Shown: positions 57,540 through 64,000 of the stretch, one piece after another | Layout of the letters: every line of letters begins with the position of its first letter | How positions within the stretch are numbered: the stretch's first letter is position 1 | NCBI GenBank assembly: GCA_964581465.1 | Contig: CAZOOP010000006.1 | Location: 13,766 to 77,765 of the forward strand | Origin: an uncultured bacterium | Lineage (GTDB): Bacteria; RBG-13-66-14 | DNA length: 64,000 nucleotides | Direction of reading: 5' to 3' | Notes under the pieces: generated by a model | The model's database searches: none | What the model was told of the DNA's origin: nothing | Seen by the model: the letters and a program-made list of their open reading frames with translations, nothing else | Translations under genes and position numbers: made by a program

Positions 57540-58364
57540 CTACATCACACAGAACTCGATCCGCTCCCGGCTGTAAGTAGGCGTTGGCACCTCTGCGAAT
57601 CCCAGCCCCAGCGTCTCGGCGACGGCGTCCGCCCCGCGCGCCAGGCAGCGGCCGGGCACCTCGAAGGAAGCCGGCGTGACGTTCTTCTCGGGCAGGTAGA
57701 GCATCTCGACGAAGCTCTTCCGCTCGCCGTTGATACCGCTGTTGGAGATTGGGGGCACAAGGCTTCTAGCCAAAGAGCGCTCCCCGCCAAGCTCACTCAA
57801 TCGTGCGGTGTACTGCGCAGCGGTACGATTGTCGGGGTCTTTATTCAGGATAAAGAGCAGTAAGGCTCCTCGCCAAGCGGCTAGATCAGACCAGAAAGCA
57901 TCGAGCCTATTTCCTCGTAACTCTCCAAGTAGATTATAGGGATCTAACAGAACCAGTTGGGGTGGGGGCTGTTGTGATGGTATCCCTTCCAGCGCTCTGT
58001 AGCCATCGTTGTCTATGGGAGGCACGATTGTATAGCCAGCTTGTTGTAATGCGTTGCGCTTATTGGCATCCTTATCGAAGCAATGAATGTTGGATTTCGG
58101 TATGAAGCGTTCGGCTAGACGCGTGCTCCCCAGATAACGGCCCCGAGACAACGCATCGGACTGGGCCTCCCGCAGGCGCAAATCGGCGGGCGCCGCCAGT
58201 ATTCTTTCTCGCACCGCTCTCACGGCTTCGTATTCAGGTTTGCCCGCGAAGGGATCGCAGAAACAGCCGCCTTCGGGCAGCCAATCCAGACAGCGCAGCA
58301 GCCATTCGTGCTTGATCAGGTCGCCGGCGTTACCAGCATCATATCGCATCGGATCCCCTTTCAT
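57540..58364 (-). CDS. RlmJ-like (N6-adenine methyltransferase fold) protein, low-GC gene
   Basis: YDAGNAGDLIKH, CDPFAGKPEY, YLGSTRLA and LVLLDPYN run parallel to the RlmJ motifs HAGNHADVLKH, DTHAGAGRY, YPGSP and LIDPPYE. ATG 58349 is an alternative start. Confidence 0.45.
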   Translation of the reverse strand: MKGDPMRYDAGNAGDLIKHEWLLRCLDWLPEGGCFCDPFAGKPEYEAVRAVRERILAAPADLRLREAQSDALSRGRYLGSTRLAERFIPKSNIHCFDKDANKRNALQQAGYTIVPPIDNDGYRALEGIPSQQPPPQLVLLDPYNLLGELRGNRLDAFWSDLAAWRGALLLFILNKDPDNRTAAQYTARLSELGGERSLARSLVPPISNSGINGERKSFVEMLYLPEKNVTPASFEVPGRCLARGADAVAETLGLGFAEVPTPTYSRERIEFCVM

Positions 58365-58429
58365 ATGAGGTGTTTGTATTATCAGATAACCTACTGACGC
58401 ATTGGGTCAATGCTTACCGGAAAGGAAAA

Positions 58430-58750
58430 GGCATTATGGAACGTGTTCGGACCAAATCACCGCCGGTATTGAAAGACTCGCCTAGCGGGTATTCGCTGCC
58501 CGGGTGCGTCCGTCTTTGATCCCGCTGCATTAATGCACGGTCTTGTTACTTGATAATGAGGCGGTTATGAGTCGGGTGGCAATCGGATCATCGTTACCTG
58601 CAAGCTACTAGGCAAGGTAAGCTATCCACCGAGCGCGCCCCCGGCAGCCGCCACATTTTAATTGCTGATAAGTGCTGGCTTATCAGCTGCTACACCTGTT
58701 TTATCAGCGGAATACAATCACAACCTGGTCCGAGCAGGGTAGGCGATCCC
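58430..58750 (+). mobile_element. X-type MITE with 8-bp target duplication
   Basis: GGCATTATGGAACGTGTTCGGACC...GGTCCGAGCAGGGTAGGCGATCCC is flanked by AAGGAAAA / AAGGAATA. Confidence 0.8.
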
Positions 58751-58823
58751 AAGGAATAACGGGGACCGATGGAGTTACCCATCTCCCCGCCCCGTTTGCT
58801 GAAAAGGTTGTTCCAGACCGCCC

Positions 58824-59972
58824 TCACTCCATCAGCCCCCGCTCGTACTCCTCCTTGAACCTGGCAATCCCCCGGTAGATCGCATAGGCCGCCTCGTGCT
58901 GATAGGCCGGGTCGATCAGCAGAGCCTCCTCGGTCTCATTGGTCAGAAAGCCCACCTCGACGAGGATCGAGGGCATCTGCGCCTCGCGCATCACGTGGAA
59001 GTTGGCCTGCTTGACGCCGCGGTCGAAGCAGCCCAGGTAATCCAGCAGGGATTCCTGGACGCAGTTGGCCAGGCGCTGGCTCTCCTCGAGGTACTCGTTC
59101 TGGATCAGCGAACCCAGGATCAGGGAGAGCTCATCTCCGGCGGCCTCGGGGGGCAGGTCGGGGTCCAGGGCGAAGTCGGCGTTCTCGAGCTGGGCCAGGG
59201 CCCGGGCCTCGGTGTTCTGGGCCTCGGCCAGGTAAAAGGTCTCGGCGCCGTGGGCGTGGGTGTTGGAGTGGCCGTTCAAGTGGATGGAGATGAAGAGGTC
59301 GGCGTCGGCCCGGTTGGCCATCAGCATCCGTCCGGAGAGGCCGATGGTGGTGTCGGCGGATCGGGTGAGGATGACCTCGAGGCCCAGGTGGTGTTCGAGC
59401 ATCCGGGCCAGGTAGAGGCTGATCGGCAGGACCTCGTGCTTCTCGTAGTTGCGGCCGCTCCAGGAGCCCGTGCCGATGTGCTCACCGCCGTGGCCGGGGT
59501 CGATCACCACGCGGCGGATGCGCAGGCGCTCGAAGTTGGCGTCGGGGATCAGTTCGTTGGGATTCGTCCCGTAGAGGTCGCCGATCTCGAGACGGTATTC
59601 CTCGCCGTGACGCTCGGCGTGGTAGGAGTACTCACCGGGCCAGAGCAGCACTCGCAGCTCGCAGCCCGGTCGGTCGCGGCGCGGGCGCAGCAGGACGCGG
59701 TCGACGAAGCCCACCCCGCGCTCCTCACTGAAGCCCTCGGGCGACTCCGGGGCGGGTAGGTCGAGGACAAGAGCGCTGCCGCTCTGTCGAACGGCCAGGC
59801 CGTCGAGACCGGGGATGGAGCCCTCGACGACGGTGAGCCGGCCCTCGTTGTAGACCTCGATCTCCGGTCCCTCGGTGAAGACCACCTCACCGGAGATGAC
59901 CTCGCCCACGGGCTCAGGAGGCTCGGCAAGTACGATGGGAACGATCAGCAGCAGGGGGAGCAGGCGGCGCAT
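58824..59972 (-). CDS. N-acetylmuramoyl-L-alanine amidase (Amidase_3)
   Basis: VVIDPGHGGEH.G...E....L.....L...LGLEV.LTR...SIHLN.... Confidence 0.85.
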   Translation of the reverse strand: MRRLLPLLLIVPIVLAEPPEPVGEVISGEVVFTEGPEIEVYNEGRLTVVEGSIPGLDGLAVRQSGSALVLDLPAPESPEGFSEERGVGFVDRVLLRPRRDRPGCELRVLLWPGEYSYHAERHGEEYRLEIGDLYGTNPNELIPDANFERLRIRRVVIDPGHGGEHIGTGSWSGRNYEKHEVLPISLYLARMLEHHLGLEVILTRSADTTIGLSGRMLMANRADADLFISIHLNGHSNTHAHGAETFYLAEAQNTEARALAQLENADFALDPDLPPEAAGDELSLILGSLIQNEYLEESQRLANCVQESLLDYLGCFDRGVKQANFHVMREAQMPSILVEVGFLTNETEEALLIDPAYQHEAAYAIYRGIARFKEEYERGLME

Positions 59973-59975
59973 GGT

Positions 59976-60515
59976 TTACTTCTCCAGCTCCAGGACGGTC
60001 ACGTTGTCGTTGGTGTAGATGCAGATCTCGGCGGCGATGCGCAGGGCCTTCTCGGCGACGCTGTGAGCGTCGAGGTCGGTGTTGGCGAGCAGCGCCCGGG
60101 CGGCGGCGCGGGCGTATCCCGAGCCCGAGCCCACCGCGGCGACATCGTCGTCCGGGGTGATCACCTCGCCGGAGCCGGAAACCAGCAGGGTCTCCTCGGC
60201 GTCGGCCACCAGCAACAGGGCCTCCAAGCGGCGCAGATACTTGTCGGTCCGCCACTGCTTGGCCAACTCGACGGCGGCCTTGGCCAGGCTGCCCGGGTAG
60301 TCGGTGATCATCGTCTCGAACTTCTCGAAGAGCGTCAGGGCGTCGGCCACGCCGCCGGCGAAACCGGCCAGCACCTTGCCCTTGTTGAGGGTGCGGACCT
60401 TGACGGCGCCGCCCTTGAGCACGCTGTCGCCCAAGGTGACCTGGCCGTCGCCGGCGATGGCCACCCGGCCGTCGCGGCGCACGCAGAGGACGGTGGTGGC
60501 GCGCAGATTCTGCAT
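59976..60515 (-). CDS. hslV: ATP-dependent protease subunit HslV
   Basis: The [22 protein letters not shown]-terminal Thr active-site pattern; 179 aa. Confidence 0.9.
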   Translation of the reverse strand: MQNLRATTVLCVRRDGRVAIAGDGQVTLGDSVLKGGAVKVRTLNKGKVLAGFAGGVADALTLFEKFETMITDYPGSLAKAAVELAKQWRTDKYLRRLEALLLVADAEETLLVSGSGEVITPDDDVAAVGSGSGYARAAARALLANTDLDAHSVAEKALRIAAEICIYTNDNVTVLELEK

Positions 60516-60920
60516 GGGGTTCCCGTCGGTTGGAGTGCGGGATTATTCTACCACAGGCGGGGAAGGCCCATTAACCCGGGTGACGGGGTCGGTGAATGCA
60601 GGGCGGGAATGCTAATCCCCGCCGGATCATCTCACGACACTGAACCTTTGATTGTTGCTGTGAGCTGCTGCGAGTGATTCGCCCTTGATGCCCGCCTTGC
60701 TGAAAGCTTCAACTCGACAAAGCGCTCGGTTGATCACAAGGCTTGGAACAAGCAATAGACTGCCGGGTTATTGTCGTTGTCTGGTTTTGGCCGCCGGATC
60801 AATCGTCGGGATAATCTTCTTGCCGGCAATTCACGACACCAAACATAGGAGAAACATAATGCCACACTACGACTGCCGGGTCTGCCGGGCCATCACGGCA
60901 AGGTGGGCTATGATGCGCGG

Positions 60921-61241
60921 GGGATCGTATACCCAGTTTGGACCAAGGTGCGATTGTTATCGGCTGATGATGAGCGGTTATCCTCAGATGTACCCGTCAT
61001 TTGTCAGCAGATAAGAAAGTGGCGGCGAAAAGGGCTGCTCGGAGAATAACACCCCCTGCCGATTTACTTGCGGATAACGATCATTCATTTGTCACTCGAC
61101 TCATAGCTGCTTCATTATCAGGCAACAAGACTGTGCATACTTTCAGCGGGGGCAATGCCGGACGAACCCAATCAGTGATCGACTGCTCGGTGAACCTTCC
61201 AATATCGGCCCTGACTTGGTCCGAACTCGTTCCAAGATGCC
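60921..61241 (-). mobile_element. X-type MITE
   Basis: GGGATCGTATACCCAGTTTGGACC (left) ... GGTCCGAACTCGTTCCAAGATGCC (right). Confidence 0.75.
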
Positions 61242-61334
61242 TTCGTTTTCAACATCACCAACGATCTACGACAAGGGCGGGGATTCAGATCCCCGCCCCG
61301 TCAACGGACTACTCGCGCGACCCGCCTGGGCGGG

Positions 61335-61892
61335 CTAGACCTCCATGATCTCCTCGATCTTGCCGTCGACGATCTTGTCGATGTTGTTGGAGTGCTCGTC
61401 GGTGTAGTCCTGGACAACGTCTTGGAGCCGCTTGCTCTCGTCCTCGGAGAGGTCGCCCTTCTTGGCGGCTTTCTTGAGCATCTCGTTGGCGTCGCGGCGG
61501 ACGTTGCGCAGGGAGACCTTGCCCTCCTCGGCCAGGCTCTTGGCGACCTTGACCAGCTCCTTGCGGCGGTCCTCGGTCAGCTTGGGGAAGGGCAGGCGGA
61601 TGACCACGCCGTCGGCGTTGGGCGTGATGCCCAGGTCGCTTTGCTGGATGGCCTTGACGATGTTCTCGATGGCGTTCTTGTCCCAGGGCTGGATCATGAT
61701 CATCCGCGGCTCGGGGACGGAGATCGTGGCCATTTGATTGATCGGGGTCGGGTTGCCGTAGTAGTCGACGCGCAGCCCGTCGAGGATGGCCGGGTTGGCG
61801 CGGCCGGTGCGGATGGCCCGCAGGTCGCGCTGAGTGGCCTCGACGGACTTGTCCATCTTCTTTTTATATTCTTCGAGCAGCGGTTCGTTCAT
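61335..61892 (-). CDS. frr: ribosome recycling factor
   Basis: LRAIRTGRANPAILD...V.YYG..TP..Q.A.I...E.R...I.PWD. Confidence 0.95.
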   Translation of the reverse strand: MNEPLLEEYKKKMDKSVEATQRDLRAIRTGRANPAILDGLRVDYYGNPTPINQMATISVPEPRMIMIQPWDKNAIENIVKAIQQSDLGITPNADGVVIRLPFPKLTEDRRKELVKVAKSLAEEGKVSLRNVRRDANEMLKKAAKKGDLSEDESKRLQDVVQDYTDEHSNNIDKIVDGKIEEIMEV

Positions 61893-62041
61893 CGGTGCTC
61901 CTCTCGAGTCCACCGGCGACCCCGGAGGCGCGCGGGTTGCATGCTATGGTTGCGATGCTGAGTTGGGGGTGTTGGTCTGTCTCAAAGAAGTATTATAACA
62001 TCCCCGGCGATGCTCTTCCACAATCGAGATGACACGCTGGA

Positions 62042-62770
62042 TCAGTCGGCGTCCTGCGGGCCGATGACGGTGGCGAAGCCCGGTTCGGTGAGTGCTCGCA
62101 ACGCCCCCCCGGTCACTCCGGCGTCGAAGACCCGGATCTCGACACCGCCGCCCCGGCAGAGCTCGACGGCCCCCAGGTCCATCACGCCCAGTCGCCGGTT
62201 GAGCACCTCGTCGTAACTCAAGCGCTCGTAACGCTCGGCTGCGGGGTCCTGGCGGGGATCGGCGGAGTAGACTCCGTCGACCTGGGTGGCCTTGAGGATG
62301 CAGTCGGCCTCGAGTTCACGGGCGCGCAGGGCCGAAGCGGTGTCGGTGGTGACGAAGGGCGCTCCGGTGCCGCCGCCGACGATGACCAGGCGGCCCTCGA
62401 CGAGGTCCCGGCGTGCCTCGACGGCGCGATACTGGGGCGCTAGAGTGGTCACCGGCACCGCCGAGTAGGCCTGGACGGGAACCCCGGCCGCGCCCAGGGC
62501 GTCGCAGAGCGCCAGGGCGTTGATCACCGTGGCCAGCATCCCGGCGGAATCGGCCAGGACACGGTCGGCGAAGATGCAGCCTCTACCGCCGCGCAGCAGA
62601 TTGCCCGCGCCGCAGACCACGGCGGTCTCGATGCCGGCGCCGCGCAGATCGGCCAGCTCATCGACGATGAGTCCCAGGGCGTCGGCATCGAAGGGAGAAA
62701 AGCCCTCCTTCGAGCGGCCGCAAAGCCGTTCTCCGGAGAGCTTGACGATCACTCTTCGCGGGTGGAACAT
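62042..62770 (-). CDS. pyrH: UMP kinase
   Basis: RVIVKLSGE...VVCGAGNLLRG...FVTTDTASALRA.E. Confidence 0.9.
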   Translation of the reverse strand: MFHPRRVIVKLSGERLCGRSKEGFSPFDADALGLIVDELADLRGAGIETAVVCGAGNLLRGGRGCIFADRVLADSAGMLATVINALALCDALGAAGVPVQAYSAVPVTTLAPQYRAVEARRDLVEGRLVIVGGGTGAPFVTTDTASALRARELEADCILKATQVDGVYSADPRQDPAAERYERLSYDEVLNRRLGVMDLGAVELCRGGGVEIRVFDAGVTGGALRALTEPGFATVIGPQDAD

Positions 62771-62805
62771 GGTTCCCGCCGAGTCCTCATTGTGGGATCG
62801 AGCCG

Positions 62806-63417
62806 TTAGCGGCCCAGTTCGTAACGGGTGAAGCGGGCGACCTCGATGTTCTCGCCCAGCTTGGCGATGTTCTCTTTGATGAAGTCGCGGACGGTGCGGT
62901 CCTTGTTCTCGGGCTGGTTGCGCACGTAAATTTGCTCGAGGAGCGTCTTCTCCTTGAGGAACTTGCCGATGCGCCCCTCGACCATCCTGTCGACGATCTT
63001 CTCGGGCTTGCCCGACTCCAGGGCCTGTTCGCGCAGTACGCGGCGCTCCTGCTCCAGCATCTCTTCGGGGAACTCGCTTTCGTCGACGGCCACCGGGGCC
63101 ATCGCCGCGATCTGCAGGCAGAGGTTGTTGGCCAGGGCCTTGAAGTCATCGGTGCGGGCGACGAAGTCGGTCTCGCAGCGCAGCTCGAGCAGCACGCCCA
63201 GCTTGTCGCCGGCGTGGATATAGGAATGGACGATGCCCTCGCCGGCCTCGCGGCCCGACTTTTTGGCCGCCTTGGCCAGACCCTTGACCCGCAGGAACTC
63301 GACGGCCTTCTCTTCGTCGCCGCCGGTCTCCTGGAGGGCCTTCTTACAATCGACGATGCCGGCGCCGGTCTTCTTGCGCAGCGCCATCACCTGTTTGGCG
63401 GGAATCTCTTCTGCCAT
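62806..63417 (-). CDS. tsf: translation elongation factor Ts (short form)
   Basis: VMALRKKTGAGIVDCKKAL.E.GGD.EKA.EFLR.KG...A.KK..R.A.EG. Confidence 0.95.
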   Translation of the reverse strand: MAEEIPAKQVMALRKKTGAGIVDCKKALQETGGDEEKAVEFLRVKGLAKAAKKSGREAGEGIVHSYIHAGDKLGVLLELRCETDFVARTDDFKALANNLCLQIAAMAPVAVDESEFPEEMLEQERRVLREQALESGKPEKIVDRMVEGRIGKFLKEKTLLEQIYVRNQPENKDRTVRDFIKENIAKLGENIEVARFTRYELGR

Positions 63418-63430
63418 GCTACCGCTCCTG

Positions 63431-64000
63431 TTAAGCTTTATCGGCCGTAGCCGTTTGTTTATCCTGCTTGTCGGCTTGATCGTCGGATTCGCTGTCTGGT
63501 TCGTCGAAGGGCACCTCACCGCCGCTGGCGGCGGCCTGACCCTCGAGGGCGGCGTCGGCGATCGCCTGGGTGACCAACTGGATGCCGCGGATGGCGTCGT
63601 CGTTGCCCGGGATTGGGAAGTCCAGTTCGTCGGGATCGCAGTTGGTGTCGGCGATGGCGATGATGGGTATCCCCAGGCGGTTGGCCTCGCGCACGGCGAT
63701 GTTCTCGCGCTTGGGGTCGACGATGAACAGGGCGTCGGGCACCCGGCGCATCTCGCGGAAGCCCTGGTGCAGGCTGAGCAGCTTATCGTAGCGCTTGTTG
63801 ATCATCGTGCGCTCTTTCTTGGAGAGCACGGTGAAGCGGTCCGAGTTGATCAGTTGCTCGAGCTCGTCCAGGCGCTGCAGGTTGCCCTTGATGGTGCGGT
63901 AGTTGGTCAGGGTGCCGCCGAGCCAGCGCTTGTTGACGTAGAACATCCCGCAGCGCTTGGCCTCGTTCTTGACAGTGGTCTGGGCCTGACGCTTGGTGCC
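63431..64000 (-). CDS. rpsB: 30S ribosomal protein S2, N-terminus beyond window
   Basis: [16 protein letters not shown]...RL..L... and [25 protein letters not shown]. The frame is open to nt 64000. Confidence 0.9.
   Translation of the reverse strand, partial: GTKRQAQTTVKNEAKRCGMFYVNKRWLGGTLTNYRTIKGNLQRLDELEQLINSDRFTVLSKKERTMINKRYDKLLSLHQGFREMRRVPDALFIVDPKRENIAVREANRLGIPIIAIADTNCDPDELDFPIPGNDDAIRGIQLVTQAIADAALEGQAAASGGEVPFDEPDSESDDQADKQDKQTATADKA

Overview
High-GC (about 60-65% by eye) chromosomal segment of a diderm bacterium. It carries about 60 genes, mostly housekeeping. They include an outer-membrane/LPS block (bamA-skp-lpxD-lpxC), PilZ-rpoN-lipA-hpf, tsaB-tsaE-mazG, pfkA, bactofilin, accA and sucC. 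Also present are ackA, rpmF-plsX-fabH-fabD, rpsO-pnp, an initiator tRNA-fMet, hslV and frr-pyrH-tsf-rpsB. A T9SS-type C-terminal sorting domain and many acidic, lipoprotein-rich products suggest an FCB-like, possibly salt-adapted lineage (inference only).

Four things stand out.
(1) The AT-rich intergenic islands hold a dense swarm of non-autonomous IS1595-like elements. I name three related families X, E and R. They total about 17 copies or fragments (about 10% of the window), with 8-bp AT-rich target duplications and two triple-nested insertions. The ~350-nt R family (5 copies) shows block-wise conservation that could reflect a structured RNA.
(2) A six-gene operon-like cluster (45979-52073) encodes integral membrane proteins I cannot assign to any family. 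It contains two paralogue pairs and mosaic, gene-conversion-like identity tracts.
(3) A perfect sigma54 -24/-12 element (TGGCAC-N5-TTGC) occurs as face-to-face palindromic pairs upstream of an SLT gene and of sucC, and as a single copy upstream of a T9SS cargo gene. rpoN lies in the same window.
(4) The 3' end of tRNA-fMet plus its terminator is tandemly duplicated, next to a low-GC RlmJ-like methyltransferase gene.

I recognised no CRISPR, rRNA, integrase, Cas or classical defence genes. Coordinates of non-coding elements are hand-derived (plus or minus a few nt), and identities are by-eye estimates.
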